A stretch of DNA of 64,000 bases from Candidatus Eiseniibacteriota bacterium (GCA_041483195.1 JBGPFC010000019.1:13785-77784), one strand, 5' to 3'; numbered from the stretch's first letter, positions 39,944-51,422 are shown. Numbers and translations: made by a program. The notes: generated by a model from the sequence alone, not told the origin.

Positions 39944-40357
39944 ATGGGAAGAATGAATTGGGGACGGGTGCTCCGCTGTGGACTCGTGGCGGGCCTCGTC
40001 TGGACCGTGCTCGGTTCGCTTCTTACCGCGTTTGTCGGGCACGATTTCGCGGCCGCGGTGCCCGGCGGCAGGCTGTCCGCGCCCGGCATCGGCCTGGTCG
40101 CGTTCCTGTTCACCGTGAACCTCGCGATGGGCATCTGGGCCATGTGGCTCTACGCGGCCATTCGCCCTCGCTATGGGGCGGGGCCGATGACCGCCGCGGT
40201 GGCCGGGGTTTCCTGGTGGGTGATCAGCAGCCTGGCGGATGCCACCTGGGGATCGTTTGGATTCGTTCCCGTAAAGGCACTGCTGCCCCTGTCGGCGGGC
40301 TCCCTGCCCGCGCTCATCGTGTCGGCGGTGGCAGGCGCCTGGCTCTACAAGGAATGA
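39944..40357 (+). CDS. Hypothetical 4-TM membrane protein
   Basis: RBS GGAGG; NWGRVL..GLVAG, WLYAAIRPRYGAG, GAWLYKE. Confidence 0.75.
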   Translation: MGRMNWGRVLRCGLVAGLVWTVLGSLLTAFVGHDFAAAVPGGRLSAPGIGLVAFLFTVNLAMGIWAMWLYAAIRPRYGAGPMTAAVAGVSWWVISSLADATWGSFGFVPVKALLPLSAGSLPALIVSAVAGAWLYKE

Positions 40358-42726
40358 ACCGGACGATGCGGTCCATCGTACTCGCGGCATCGGTCGCGAT
40401 GGCTGCGTCACTCGCCGCGGCGCCGTCGCCCGCGACGGCGGCCGGGTCGCGGCTCGGGGCTTCAAGCGGGGCGGATGGGGTGTGGCAACCGATCCCACCC
40501 ATGAGCCCGCGCTACGAGCATGCAGCTGTCTACGACCCGGTGCGGCATCAAATGCTCGTATTCGGTGGCCTCGACGTCACCCCGGACAACGCGGTCTGGG
40601 CGCTCTCACTCGACGACGCTCCGGAGTGGAATCCCGTCGCCACCCTCGGTGTTCCACCAGCCGCTCGCGGTCACCACAGCGCAATATATGATCCGGTGCG
40701 CGACCGCATGATCGTGTTCGGCGGCGACAATATTGTCGTCAACAGCGTCACGTCCAGCGGTTCTGTCCTCGGAGACGTGTGGGCGCTATCGCTGTCCGGG
40801 ACCCCGACCTGGACGCAGCTTCAGCCGTCGGGGATCGCGCCAGGGGCTCGTCGATACCACAGCGCGACCTATGATCCGGTCAGGGACCGAATGATTGTAT
40901 TTGGGGGCTGGGACGATACTCGATCCCAGTGGTCGAACGAAGTGTGGACGCTCTCCTTCGGCGACACCCTCGAATGGTCGCTGCTCGCGACGGCCGGCGC
41001 CCCGCCGATGGCCCGCGGCGAACACAGCGCCGTCTATGATCAGGCGCACGACCGTCTGATCGTCTTCGGCGGAGGGCAGTGGAGCTACCAGGCTCCGTTG
41101 AACGACGTCTGGGTGCTCTCTCTCACGGACACCCCGACCTGGATCATGCCTGTGATCGCCGACCCCCGGCCGACGCCACGCGCCGACCACACGGCAATCT
41201 ACGACCCGCAGCGCGCGCGGATGATCGTGCTCGGCGGCGAATGGGATCGGGACACGGCAACCGGTATGCCCTGGGTGCTCGAGCTCGGTGACAGTTTGCA
41301 CTGGTCGCCCCTGGCCCCGTCGGGGCAGGGCCCCGAGCCACTCGACGGCCACGCCGCGATCTACGATCCAATCCATGACCGCATGGTGGTCGCGGGCGGT
41401 GCGCAGTACGGCAACGGCGATATGAGCGTTGACACGTGGTCGCTCGCGCTCGCCCCGGGCCCCGCATGGACACTTCTCAGTCCTTCCGCGAAGCCGTGGT
41501 GGAGGCGAAGCGGGCACGCGGCGGCCTATGATCCCGTGGGCGACCGGATGGTCGTTGTCGGGGGTGTCGGCAAGGATCTCTGGCTCAATGACGCGTGGGC
41601 GCTGCCGTACTCGCGACCGCAGGACCGGGAGGCGATCGTTCCCACCGGACCGGCGCCGTCTCCACGCGAGGCACACAGCCTGATCCTCGACCCCAAGCGG
41701 CATCGCCTGCTTCTCTTCGGTGGGTACTCTCATGATTACTCCACCGGCACCACGTCGTGGTTCGACGACGTGTGGGCGCTCTCGCTCGATGCCCCGCCCG
41801 CGTGGATCCCGATCTTGCCAGAAGGGGCGCCCCCGCCTGCGCGCGCGTGGCACACCGCGGTCTACGATCCGTCGCGTGATCGGATGATCGTCTTCGGCGG
41901 ATTGCCCACGGCCAACGATGCCTGGGCGCTCTCGCTCGCGGGAACTCCCCGGTGGACGCCCGTCCCCGCGGTTGTCCCGGCTGAGATGCCCCAGTTCACG
42001 AGCCACGCGGCGATCTACGATCCGCCGCGCGACCGCATGATCGTCTTCGGCTGCCCTACTGGCTCCACGAATGAGGTGTGGGCTCTGTCGTTCGTGGGCG
42101 ACCCATCCTGGACGCAGCTCGTGCCGCGAAGCCTGACCACCGGCCCGCACTACCGTACCAGTCCCACGGCCATCTACGATCCGCTGCGCGACCGCATGAT
42201 CGTCTTCGGCGGATCCCTCTCGTCCTGCTGTGCCGTCTTCAACGACACGTGGGCGCTCGACCTCGCGGGGCCTCCCGCGTGGACACAGCTCGCTCCGGCT
42301 GGACCGCTGCCCGGCGCGAGGTTCGAGCATTCGGCGGTGTACGACCCGATCCATGACCGGATGCTCATTTTCGGCGGGCTCTCCAATGACGCCTGGGCGC
42401 TTTCGTTTTCGGGCGCATGGGTCGGGGCGCCGCAGCCGCCACCTCCTGGCCTGCCCGCCCTTTCTCCCGCGCATCCGAATCCCGCGCGCGGCGCCGTGGC
42501 TCTCGAGATCGAATTGCGGCAGGAGACACGCGTGACGTTGCGCGTGCACGATGTGTCTGGCCGCGTGATTGCGACGCTCGCGGACCGAACTTTCGGCGCC
42601 GGAAGCTCCGTCGTGCGCTGGGACGGCCGCACGCGCGAAGGCACGCGCGCCGCCGCCGGGGTCTATTTCGTGCGCCTCGTCGCCGGAGGTGACATCCGGA
42701 CGCGGCGAGTCGTGCTGTTGGAATAG
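40354..42726 (+). CDS. Secreted Kelch-repeat protein (12 repeats) with FlgD/T9SS-type C-terminal domain
   Basis: Signal peptide; 12 x H.A.YDP..DRMIVFGG; C-terminal HPNP...DVSGR...WDGR...GVYFVRL. Confidence 0.9.
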   Translation: MNRTMRSIVLAASVAMAASLAAAPSPATAAGSRLGASSGADGVWQPIPPMSPRYEHAAVYDPVRHQMLVFGGLDVTPDNAVWALSLDDAPEWNPVATLGVPPAARGHHSAIYDPVRDRMIVFGGDNIVVNSVTSSGSVLGDVWALSLSGTPTWTQLQPSGIAPGARRYHSATYDPVRDRMIVFGGWDDTRSQWSNEVWTLSFGDTLEWSLLATAGAPPMARGEHSAVYDQAHDRLIVFGGGQWSYQAPLNDVWVLSLTDTPTWIMPVIADPRPTPRADHTAIYDPQRARMIVLGGEWDRDTATGMPWVLELGDSLHWSPLAPSGQGPEPLDGHAAIYDPIHDRMVVAGGAQYGNGDMSVDTWSLALAPGPAWTLLSPSAKPWWRRSGHAAAYDPVGDRMVVVGGVGKDLWLNDAWALPYSRPQDREAIVPTGPAPSPREAHSLILDPKRHRLLLFGGYSHDYSTGTTSWFDDVWALSLDAPPAWIPILPEGAPPPARAWHTAVYDPSRDRMIVFGGLPTANDAWALSLAGTPRWTPVPAVVPAEMPQFTSHAAIYDPPRDRMIVFGCPTGSTNEVWALSFVGDPSWTQLVPRSLTTGPHYRTSPTAIYDPLRDRMIVFGGSLSSCCAVFNDTWALDLAGPPAWTQLAPAGPLPGARFEHSAVYDPIHDRMLIFGGLSNDAWALSFSGAWVGAPQPPPPGLPALSPAHPNPARGAVALEIELRQETRVTLRVHDVSGRVIATLADRTFGAGSSVVRWDGRTREGTRAAAGVYFVRLVAGGDIRTRRVVLLE

Positions 42727-42781
42727 CCGCGCGAGCGATCGAAGGTCCTATCGCGGGCGCATTCGCGACCACGGCCCCGCG

Positions 42782-45349
42782 CTACCTCACCCGCACGAAC
42801 CTCGCGACCGCGCTCTCGCCCCCCGCGCTCGCGCGCACGAAGTAGAGCCCGGCGGGCGCGGCATTCCCGAGATCGTCCGCGCCGTCCCAGCGCAGCGGCG
42901 TGGCGCCGGCGGCGAGCGGCCCGCGCCACAGCGATCGCATCACGCGGCCGCCCACGTCGAGCACCTCCACGCGAGCATCCCCGGCGCGCGGCAGCTCGAT
43001 GCGCAGGCTCACCGCGCCCCGCGCGGGATTGGGCCACGGCGTCGCGAGCCGCAGCGCGCGCGGCAGCGCGGGCGCCGGCACCGCGACGGACGCGTTCGCC
43101 GCGTCGTAGACGGTGAGATCGTCGACCGCCCCTTCGACGATGTTGCCGGGCGTGCCGTCCCTGGCGATGAAGCGCACCTTCATCTGATTCGTGGGCGTCA
43201 CGAAATCCGAGACGGAAATCGCGCGCTCGACCCACTGATTGTGATTGCCGCGCGTGGTGTCCACCGGCACCCAGCTCGCGCCGTCGTCGTCGCTGATGAG
43301 CACCGCGAACCAGTCCTCGGCCGCGCCGTCGCAGTAGAACCATCGCCAGTAGCCGATGGTGGGCTGCGCCATGCCGGTGAGATCGAGCGCTGGCGAGGTG
43401 AGCGAGGTCTTGCCGCCGTCCACGTCGTTCTGGCTGATGCTGGTGGAATCGGTGCCCTGGCCCGTGACCCAGCACCGCACGCCCGGCGGCGGCGTTCGGT
43501 CGTCTCCCGGCTGCACCTGGCCGGGATAGAGCCCGAGCTCCTCGCCCTCGTGCAGCGGGCCGCTGGGCTCGCGCGCCGAGAGCAGGTCGGGCGAACGTCG
43601 CGCGCGCGCGGGCGCGGAGGGCGCGGCCGAAGTGCCGAGCGGATCCACGCGCACCCAGATGCCGGTGAGGGCGTTGTCGCCGGTTCCCGCGCCCCCCACG
43701 GTCCAGCCGCGATCGATCTCCATGTCGTCGTAGTCGCGCGCCGGCACGAGTTGAATGTGGTGCGTGGGAAAGCCGGGGTCGAGATCGAGCGTGTAGCTCG
43801 CCGGAATGTGGCCGGGCGCGTGGGCCTCCACGTTGTAGAGATCCTCGGGCACCACCGGCATCGAGAACGCGCCGCTCGCGTCGGTCAGGGTGGCGAGCGG
43901 GGTGTCGAGCAGGTCGATCTCGGCGGTCTCGAGCGGCAGAGCACTCACCGCGTCCTTCACCGTGCCGCTGTAGTCGCGCACCGGCCGGTGGACCAGCGAG
44001 AGCGCGACGGTGTCGCGGCTGCCGATCGTCACCGCGCGCGTCGCGGACGCGCTCACGAAGCCGAACTTCTTCGCGGTCACGGTGTGGGTGCCGGGGCTCG
44101 GCGCGAACTGGACGATGCCGTCGCCGGTGGTCGTGAGCGAGTCGCCCTGGGTGACGAGGCGCACGCTCGCGCCTGCGAGCGGCGCGACGCCGTCGCTGTC
44201 CACCACCGCGCGCACGATGCCGTAGTCGCGCACCGGGCGATACACGTAGAGCCCGGTCTGCATGTCGCTCGCGATCACGGTGCCCGACGGGAAGAACGGG
44301 CACACCTCCCACACGCCGAAGAAGTCGCCGGAGGGCCCCGGATACGAATCCGCGTACGCGAACTCCGCGGGATGCACGGGATCGGAGAGATCCAGGACGC
44401 GGATGCCCTCGGTGTAGTTGGAGAGGTAGAGCTCGTTCCCGACCACCTTGGGGTTGTGGATGATGGCCACCGGGTTCGAGGTGATGGCGTTCACCTCCAC
44501 CGGGCTCATCACATTGGTGATGTCGAAGATCTTGAGCGGCTGGCCGTCCACCTCGTCGGTTACGTACAGGCAGTGGCCGGTCGCGTCGGGCCACGAGCTG
44601 TGGGTGAACGCGCCGGGATAGGTCCACGCGTTGATCTGGAACGGGTTCGCGGGGTCGGTGAAGTCGAGCACGCGCTCGTCGCCGGAATAGATCGACGCGC
44701 AGTAGAGGCGGTTTCCGATCGGGACGCAGTCGTGCACGTACTGCGCGTTCGGCACCGGGATCGCGCCGCCCGGCCACCACGTGAGCTCGACCGGCGCCTC
44801 GGGATTGGCGATCGAGAGGATGTGCATGCCGGTCGCCAGGCCCGCGGCGTTGCGCGTGCCGTTGCAGATCAGGATCGCGCGCGCGGTGTCGATCGCGACC
44901 GTGTGCGAGTGGGTGAAGCTGCCGGTGTAGGTCGCGGCCAGCACCGGCGCCTCGGGATCGGACATGCGCACGATCTGCACGCCCTCGCCAGCGCCCGTGC
45001 CTTCGGTCGTGATGTAGATCCAGTTCCGGTACGACTTCATCTCGCGCCACGCCGAGAATGGACCGGTGATGAACCCCACGCGGTACACGCTGTACGGGTC
45101 CGTCACGTTGTAGATCGCGGTGCCGTTGTTGGTGCCGATGATCGCGTACTCGCGCCCGTCGCCGTGGATGTACGACCAGCACGCCGAGTAGCCCGCGCCG
45201 AACGGCGAGACGATGGTGGGCGGGTACTCGTTCCGGTTCGCGGTGAACGTGAGGTTGCGCGTGATCGGCGGCTGGGCCACGGCGGGCGCCGCGGCGAGCG
45301 CGATCGCGAACGGAAGCAGCGCGCGGAGCGCAATCCCTGGTGCACGCAA
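42782..45349 (-). CDS. Choice-of-anchor B/LVIVD-repeat secreted protein with carboxypeptidase-regulatory-like and FlgD/T9SS C-terminal domains
   Basis: CWSY..GDGREYA, WREMKSY, HSSW...YVTDE, HNP, SNYTEG, GVWEVCPFFPSG; PNP...WDG...GLYFVR; TTG start with AAAGGA RBS (ATG 45403 alternative). Confidence 0.85.
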   Translation of the reverse strand: MRAPGIALRALLPFAIALAAAPAVAQPPITRNLTFTANRNEYPPTIVSPFGAGYSACWSYIHGDGREYAIIGTNNGTAIYNVTDPYSVYRVGFITGPFSAWREMKSYRNWIYITTEGTGAGEGVQIVRMSDPEAPVLAATYTGSFTHSHTVAIDTARAILICNGTRNAAGLATGMHILSIANPEAPVELTWWPGGAIPVPNAQYVHDCVPIGNRLYCASIYSGDERVLDFTDPANPFQINAWTYPGAFTHSSWPDATGHCLYVTDEVDGQPLKIFDITNVMSPVEVNAITSNPVAIIHNPKVVGNELYLSNYTEGIRVLDLSDPVHPAEFAYADSYPGPSGDFFGVWEVCPFFPSGTVIASDMQTGLYVYRPVRDYGIVRAVVDSDGVAPLAGASVRLVTQGDSLTTTGDGIVQFAPSPGTHTVTAKKFGFVSASATRAVTIGSRDTVALSLVHRPVRDYSGTVKDAVSALPLETAEIDLLDTPLATLTDASGAFSMPVVPEDLYNVEAHAPGHIPASYTLDLDPGFPTHHIQLVPARDYDDMEIDRGWTVGGAGTGDNALTGIWVRVDPLGTSAAPSAPARARRSPDLLSAREPSGPLHEGEELGLYPGQVQPGDDRTPPPGVRCWVTGQGTDSTSISQNDVDGGKTSLTSPALDLTGMAQPTIGYWRWFYCDGAAEDWFAVLISDDDGASWVPVDTTRGNHNQWVERAISVSDFVTPTNQMKVRFIARDGTPGNIVEGAVDDLTVYDAANASVAVPAPALPRALRLATPWPNPARGAVSLRIELPRAGDARVEVLDVGGRVMRSLWRGPLAAGATPLRWDGADDLGNAAPAGLYFVRASAGGESAVARFVRVR

Positions 45350-45439
45350 CGTGAGAGGTCCTTTCGAGGGAGCGCGGCGCGGCCGCACCGCGGGCACAAT
45401 CATAACCGCGCGGCGCGCGCCTTTGCTAGAGTCGCGGGG

Positions 45440-46888
45440 ATGAAGCCTCCCTCCCCGGCCGTCGCGGTGGCTGCGATCGCCCTCGCCGCCCTCGCGCTGT
45501 GGATCGCGCTCTCGCCACCTCAGCGCAACGACGTGGTGGGCGGCGACGAGGGCTACTACGGCACCATGGCGCGCAACGTGCTCGCCTCCCCGCGCTTCCT
45601 CGCGAGCCCCGCGCTCACGCCGCTCGGCCCGCCTGGCGACAAGCCGCCGCTCTACCCCGCGCTGCTCGCGGCGTTCGTGCGGATCATGGGGCCCACCGCC
45701 GCCGCGCTGCGCTGGCCTTCGCTGCTCAGCGCGCTGATCGTGATGCTGTGCGTGGGAGCGCTCGCCGGGCGAGCGGCGGGCGCGGCCGGCGCGACCACCG
45801 CCACGCTCTTCCTCGCATCGCTTCCCTGGTTCGCCGACTCCTCGCGCGTGGCGAACGCCGAGCTCCCGCTCACCGCGTTCGGTGCGCTCGCGCTGGTCGT
45901 GCTCGCGGGCGGCCGTGCCACGCCACGGCGCGCCGCCGCTGCGGGCGCGCTGCTCGGGCTCGCGTTTCTCTGCAAGCTGTGGCTCGTGGTGCTGATCGCG
46001 ATCCCGGCGGCGGCGTGGGTGTGGCCCGACCGCGGCGCGCTGATCGCGCTGGCCACCGGCGCGGTGCTGGTGGGCGCGCTGCAGCTGATCGGCGTCGCGA
46101 TCGTGGCGCCGCGCGATCTCGCGCACTGGTGGTCGGTCTACATGAGCTTCTCGCTCGCGAGCCGCGTCGGAGGTGAGGGCTTCGCCGCCGACTGGATCAG
46201 GCCGCCGACGTTCTACCTCGCGACGCTGGCGCGCGCCTTCGTGCTGCTGCTGCCGCTGGTGGCGGTCGGCGCGTGGGAGGCCGCGCGCCGGAGGCGGGAG
46301 CCCATCATGCGCGCGCTGCTCGCCTGGTCGCTGGGTTTCGTGCTGCTCTCGCTCTTTCGCGTGAAGTCGGGGGTCTACCTCTACCCCGTCGTTCCCGCGT
46401 GGGCTGCGCTAGCGTCGGTGGGGCTCGGTGCCATCGCGCGTCGCTGGAAGCGCGCGGCGCTGGCGCTGGGCGCGGCGATCGCGATCGCGGGCTTCGCGCG
46501 GGAGATCCAGCGGCTGCCCGTGCGCTATCACGATCCCGGCTACCGCGCGGTCGCGGCCGCGCTCGCGCCGCTGCTGGCGGACGCCGATCCCGCGCGGGCG
46601 AGCTACGTCGCGCCCGAGGCCCCGGCGTTCGGTTACACGCTGTTTCGCGCCGGGCGCTACTGGGGCACTCCGCTCCGGCCGTGGTCGAGCGCGAGCCTCG
46701 AGCCGCTGATGAGCGACTCGACGCTGCGCGCGTTCGTGGTCGACCCCTCGGAGCGCTTCTACGGCGGCTGGCCCGACTCGACCACGCTCCACCGGCTCAA
46801 GCTCGCGACCCGGGAGATCACGCCCGACATCGAGCGGTCGAGCGGGCGGAAGCTGGAGGTGAGGGTGTTCGTGCGCGCGGCGAACTGA
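45440..46888 (+). CDS. GT-C (ArnT/GT39-like) membrane glycosyltransferase
   Basis: DEGYY..MAR, DKPPLYP.L, GLAFLCK, YLYPVVPAWA; multi-TM. Confidence 0.88.
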   Translation: MKPPSPAVAVAAIALAALALWIALSPPQRNDVVGGDEGYYGTMARNVLASPRFLASPALTPLGPPGDKPPLYPALLAAFVRIMGPTAAALRWPSLLSALIVMLCVGALAGRAAGAAGATTATLFLASLPWFADSSRVANAELPLTAFGALALVVLAGGRATPRRAAAAGALLGLAFLCKLWLVVLIAIPAAAWVWPDRGALIALATGAVLVGALQLIGVAIVAPRDLAHWWSVYMSFSLASRVGGEGFAADWIRPPTFYLATLARAFVLLLPLVAVGAWEAARRRREPIMRALLAWSLGFVLLSLFRVKSGVYLYPVVPAWAALASVGLGAIARRWKRAALALGAAIAIAGFAREIQRLPVRYHDPGYRAVAAALAPLLADADPARASYVAPEAPAFGYTLFRAGRYWGTPLRPWSSASLEPLMSDSTLRAFVVDPSERFYGGWPDSTTLHRLKLATREITPDIERSSGRKLEVRVFVRAAN

Positions 46889-47242
46889 TCACCCAGCGCG
46901 CGGTCTCGTGTCGGTCCACCGCGCGCGCAACCTCGCATCGTTGCGTCATCTCGCTCTCGATCGCCGGCGCGACGACGGCGCCGAAGGTGGTCGCGATCGT
47001 GGAGTCTCGTCGACGCGCGGAGCGAACACCGACCCTCACGCCACCGGCCACGATGTCGCGTACGCGACACATCGCCCATCGCCCCGATCGCGCCGACCGC
47101 GCCGACCCCTCTCGCGAAGAGATCGCAAAAAAATTTCTCTGGCGCGTTTCACTTGCATGGACATTGAGCGCAATCGCTGCACATCGAGCGCGCCCGCATT
47201 CTTGGGCATCAATTTCGCGCTTGAACCAACGCACGTCGACAG

Positions 47243-47251
47243 TGGTATAAC
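47243..47251 (+). promoter_or_regulatory. Candidate extended -10 promoter upstream of nrdJ
   Basis: TGgTATAAC in an AT-richer patch; TTGAAC upstream at 47221. Confidence 0.35.
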
Positions 47252-47442
47252 ACCACACGCCGCGCGCAGTGATCGACCTCGCATGCGCACGGAAGCACCT
47301 TCCCTCACGCAGAAGACGATTAACGCCGTACACGTCGACGCGGGTCAAACCGAGCCGGCGGCCTTGGGTGCCTTCGGGACGCCGTCACGGCTTGGCAATT
47401 CATCTGAGGGGTGCAGTACTCGCGAGGGACAGGGAGGTCCCA

Positions 47443-50400
47443 GTGACCCAGACGCTCAGCACCGATCACATCTCCGCTCCGACACCGCCCGCTTCGACGC
47501 AAGCGGGCCTGCGCGTGCCCCGCCGCTTCACGCGGCCCGGTATCCATCCCTTCGACGAGATCGCTTGGGATCGCCGCCGCACGGTGATCGCGAACCCCGA
47601 CGGCTCGGTCGTGTTCCAGATGGACGACGTCGAGGTGCCGGCCGACTGGTCGCAGCTCGCCACCGACATCGTCGTGAGCAAGTACTTCCGCAAGGCGGGG
47701 CTCCAGAGCGCACCCGGGCACGAGACCAGCGTGCGGCAGGTCGTGCACCGGCTCGCGCACACGCTGCGCGTCGCGGGCGAGCGGCAGGGCGGCTACTTCG
47801 AGCGCCCCGAAGACGCCGAGGCCTTCGAAGCCGAGCTGGCGCACATGCTGGTCCACCAGATCGGCGCCTTCAACTCGCCGGTGTGGTTCAACTGCGGGCT
47901 CTTCCACGAGTACGGCATCAGCGGCTCGGGCGGCAATTTCGCGTGGGATCCCGAAACCCGCAGCGTGCAGGTCACGCCCGACTCCTACTCGCGGCCCCAG
48001 GTGTCGGCCTGCTTCATCCAGTCGGTGGAAGACGACCTCATGTCGATCTTCGAGCTGGCGAAGAACGAGGCGCGCGTCTTCAAGTTCGGCTCGGGCACCG
48101 GCTCCAACTTCTCGCGGCTGCGCGGCCGCATGGAGAAGCTCTCGGGCGGCGGCACCTCGTCGGGCCTGATGAGCTTCCTCGAGGTGCTCGACCGCGGCGC
48201 GGGCGCCACCAAGTCGGGCGGCACCACGCGCCGCGCGGCGAAGATGGTGGTGCTCGACGTGGATCACCCCGAGATCGTGGACTTCATCCAGTGGAAGGTG
48301 CGCGAGGAGCGCAAAGTCGCGGCGCTGGTCGCATCCGGCTTCTCCTCCGACTTCAACGGCGACGCCTACGGCACGGTCTCCGGGCAGAACTCGAACAACT
48401 CGGTGCGGGTGCCCGACGCGTTCATGAAGGCGGTCGAGAGCGACGGCCCGTGGCAGACCACGTTCCGCACCACGGGCCAGGTGTACGAGACGCACCGCGC
48501 GCGCGGCCTGTGGCGCACGCTCTCCGAGGCCGCCTGGCAGTGCGCCGACCCCGGGGTCCAGTACGACGACACCATCCAGAAGTGGCACACGGTCAAGGCG
48601 ACCGGGCGGATCAACGCCAGCAACCCGTGCTCCGAGTACCTGCACCTCGACGACACGGCCTGCAATCTCGCCTCGATCAACCTCATGAAGTTCCTGCGCG
48701 ACGACGGCACCTTCGACGTGGACGGCTACAAGCACGCGAACCGAGTGTTCTTCCTGGCGCAGGAGATCGCGGTGAGCTTCGCCTCCTACCCGACCGAGAA
48801 GATCGCGCGGCGCTCCGAGCAGTTCCGGCCGCTGGGCCTGGGCTACGCGAACCTCGGCACGCTGCTCATGGTGCAGAGCCTGCCCTACGACAGTCCCGCG
48901 GCGCGGGCGACCGCCGCCGCGATCACCGCGATCATGACCGGCGAGGGCTACGCGCTCTCCGCCGAGATGGCGGCGAGCAAGGGCCCGTTCGAGGGCTTCG
49001 CCACGAACCGCGACAGCATGCTCGACGTGATGCGGCTCCACCGCGAGGCGGCGCGCGCGATCGATCCGGCGTACGCGCCGAACGACCTGCGCTCCGCGGC
49101 GGTCGAGTGCTGGGACCGCGCGCTGGCGCTGGGCGCGCTCCACGGCTACCGCAACGCGCAGGCCACGGTGCTCGCGCCGACTGGGACCATCGGGCTGCTG
49201 ATGGACTGCGACACGACCGGGGTCGAGCCCGACTTCGCGCTGGTCAAGTTCAAGAAGCTCGCGGGCGGCGGCTACTTCAAGATCGTGAACCAGTCGGTGC
49301 CGCGCGCGCTGCGGCGGCTCGGCTACGACGATCCCGCGATCGAGGGCGTCATCCGCTACGCGATCGGCACCGGCAGCCTCGACGGCACGCCGCACATCAA
49401 CCGCTCGTCGCTCATGCGGAAGGGCCTGCACGAGAGCGAGATCGAGCGGATCGAGCATTCGCTGCCCACGATGCTCGACATCCGTTTCGCCTTCTCGCGC
49501 GGCATGCTCAGCGAGGAGACGCTCACGCGCCTCGGCGTCACCATCGCCGAGCGCGAGAAGCCGGCGTTCAACGCGCTCCCGTTCCTGGGCTTCACCGACG
49601 AGCAGATCGAGCAGGCGAACAGCGCGATCTGCGGCTCGCAGTCGGTGGAGGGCGCGCCCGGCCTCCGGCACGAACACCTGCCGGTGTTCGACTGCGCGAA
49701 CCGCTGCGGGCCGCGGGGCACTCGCTACATCGAGCCGATGGGCCACATCCGCATGATGGCGGCGGTGCAGCCGTTCATCTCGGGCGCCATCAGCAAGACC
49801 GTGAACCTGCCGCACGACGCCACGGTCGACGAGGTCGAGCGCATCTACTTCGACTCGTGGAAGCTGGGGCTCAAGGCGGTCGCGCTCTATCGCGACGGCA
49901 GCAAGCTCTCCCAGCCGCTCGCGAGCACCAAGAAGGCCGAAGACGCCGCCAGCCCGCCGCCCAAGCTGCGCCGCCGCCGGCTGCCCAAGCGCCGGCACGG
50001 ATTCACGCAGGAGGCGCGCATCGGCGGGCACAAGGTGTTCCTGCGCACCGGCGAATACGAAGACGGCATGATCGGCGAGATCTTCATCGACATGCACAAG
50101 GAGGGCGCGGCGTTCCGCAGCATCATGAACTGCTTCGCGATCTCGGTCTCGATGGGCCTCCAGTACGGCGTGCCGCTCGAGGATCTGGTGGACCAGTTCT
50201 GCTTCACGCGCTTCGAGCCGCACGGCCGCGTGGACGGGCACGACAACATCCGCGCCTGCACCAGCGTGGTGGATTACGTCTTCCGCGTGCTGGGGCTCGA
50301 GTACCTGGGCCGCACCGATCTCGCGCACATCGTGACCGACGACCTCAAGGGCGGGCCGGTGCCGCACGCGATCGGACACCCGGTCGGCAAGGAGCACAAC

Positions 50401-50673
50401 CGCGCGGGGAACGGGTCCAATGGGCACGGCAGCCCCGAACCCGCGGCGAGGCCGGCGGGGGCAATGTCGGCTGCGGCGCCGCTGGTGGTGGTGACGCCCG
50501 CCTCCGCCGCCGCGAAACACCGCGACAATCCCGGCACCGAAGGCGTGCAGGACGCGATGCTCGGCAAATTCCCGGGCGACGCGCCGTTGTGCGACAACTG
50601 CGGCCACATCACCGTGCGCAACGGCACCTGCTTCAAGTGCCTGAACTGCGGAACGAGTATGGGGTGCTCCTGA
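47443..50673 (+). CDS. nrdJ: Vitamin B12-dependent (class II) ribonucleotide reductase
   Basis: [54 protein letters not shown] domain and C-terminal Cys ribbon. Confidence 0.97.
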   Translation: MTQTLSTDHISAPTPPASTQAGLRVPRRFTRPGIHPFDEIAWDRRRTVIANPDGSVVFQMDDVEVPADWSQLATDIVVSKYFRKAGLQSAPGHETSVRQVVHRLAHTLRVAGERQGGYFERPEDAEAFEAELAHMLVHQIGAFNSPVWFNCGLFHEYGISGSGGNFAWDPETRSVQVTPDSYSRPQVSACFIQSVEDDLMSIFELAKNEARVFKFGSGTGSNFSRLRGRMEKLSGGGTSSGLMSFLEVLDRGAGATKSGGTTRRAAKMVVLDVDHPEIVDFIQWKVREERKVAALVASGFSSDFNGDAYGTVSGQNSNNSVRVPDAFMKAVESDGPWQTTFRTTGQVYETHRARGLWRTLSEAAWQCADPGVQYDDTIQKWHTVKATGRINASNPCSEYLHLDDTACNLASINLMKFLRDDGTFDVDGYKHANRVFFLAQEIAVSFASYPTEKIARRSEQFRPLGLGYANLGTLLMVQSLPYDSPAARATAAAITAIMTGEGYALSAEMAASKGPFEGFATNRDSMLDVMRLHREAARAIDPAYAPNDLRSAAVECWDRALALGALHGYRNAQATVLAPTGTIGLLMDCDTTGVEPDFALVKFKKLAGGGYFKIVNQSVPRALRRLGYDDPAIEGVIRYAIGTGSLDGTPHINRSSLMRKGLHESEIERIEHSLPTMLDIRFAFSRGMLSEETLTRLGVTIAEREKPAFNALPFLGFTDEQIEQANSAICGSQSVEGAPGLRHEHLPVFDCANRCGPRGTRYIEPMGHIRMMAAVQPFISGAISKTVNLPHDATVDEVERIYFDSWKLGLKAVALYRDGSKLSQPLASTKKAEDAASPPPKLRRRRLPKRRHGFTQEARIGGHKVFLRTGEYEDGMIGEIFIDMHKEGAAFRSIMNCFAISVSMGLQYGVPLEDLVDQFCFTRFEPHGRVDGHDNIRACTSVVDYVFRVLGLEYLGRTDLAHIVTDDLKGGPVPHAIGHPVGKEHNRAGNGSNGHGSPEPAARPAGAMSAAAPLVVVTPASAAAKHRDNPGTEGVQDAMLGKFPGDAPLCDNCGHITVRNGTCFKCLNCGTSMGCS

Positions 50674-50728
50674 GCCACACGCGGAGGGAGCCGCGTAACC
50701 GGGGCGCGTGACCTCTCCGGTGGCCGAT

Positions 50729-50760
50729 GCGGGCGGAGGCCTCTGGCTTCCGCCCGTTTG
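50729..50760 (+). terminator. Probable intrinsic terminator after nrdJ
   Basis: GCGGGCGGAGGC-ctctg-GCTTCCGCCCGT followed by TTG. Confidence 0.5.
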
Positions 50761-50819
50761 CTCTGGGGCCTGAGGCGCGATCCGCCGCGGCACGCGGTTC
50801 GAGTATGCTCGCGCGCGTG

Positions 50820-51422
50820 ATGAAGCCCCGCACCGCCGCATCGCTCCCCGCGCCGTTGCTCGCCTGCGCGCTCGCCTGCGCCTTCACCTGCGCGGCCGCC
50901 TTCGCGGATGCCGCCCCGCCTCGCGCCTCGGCGATGGGGCGCGACACCACCCATCTCGCGCCCGCCGCGGTGGCGCGCGATTCGAGCGTCGTCACCTACG
51001 TGATCGTGCGCCACGCCGAAAAAGACACGACGGCGGGCGCAAGCGACCCGCCGCTCACCGCGGCGGGCGAGGCGCGCGCGCGGGCGCTGGCGCGGGTGCT
51101 CGCCGACGCGCGCGTCACGCGCATCTACGCGACGCCTACGCGGCGCGCGATGCGGACCGGCGAGCCGCTGGCGCGGGCGATCGGCGACAGCGTGCGGGTC
51201 GTGGACGGCACCGCGGAGCTGATGAGGCGGCTGCGCACGCACCAGGCGGGCGACGTGGTGGTGGTGATCGGGCACAGCAACACGGTGCCCGAGATCGCGA
51301 AGGGGCTCTGCGGCGATTCCGTGCCCGCGTTCCGCGACGACGAGTTCGACCGCATGCTCGTGATCGTCGTGCCGCGCAGCGGCGGGCCGATCCTGCTCGC
51401 GCTCCGCTACGGGGATCCCTAG
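50820..51422 (+). CDS. Exported histidine phosphatase (SixA/PGM-like)
   Basis: Signal peptide; IVRHAEK, LT.AGEARA, GHSNTVP. Confidence 0.88.
   Translation: MKPRTAASLPAPLLACALACAFTCAAAFADAAPPRASAMGRDTTHLAPAAVARDSSVVTYVIVRHAEKDTTAGASDPPLTAAGEARARALARVLADARVTRIYATPTRRAMRTGEPLARAIGDSVRVVDGTAELMRRLRTHQAGDVVVVIGHSNTVPEIAKGLCGDSVPAFRDDEFDRMLVIVVPRSGGPILLALRYGDP

Noticed and set aside
47100..47442. NrdR boxes or cobalamin riboswitch upstream of nrdJ
   Set aside because: Only a half match (ACACCACA) to the NrdR consensus; no B12-box or conserved riboswitch core seen
47443..50673. Intein or intron in NrdJ
   Set aside because: Continuous motifs; no HN-C/S/T splice junction or LAGLIDADG block
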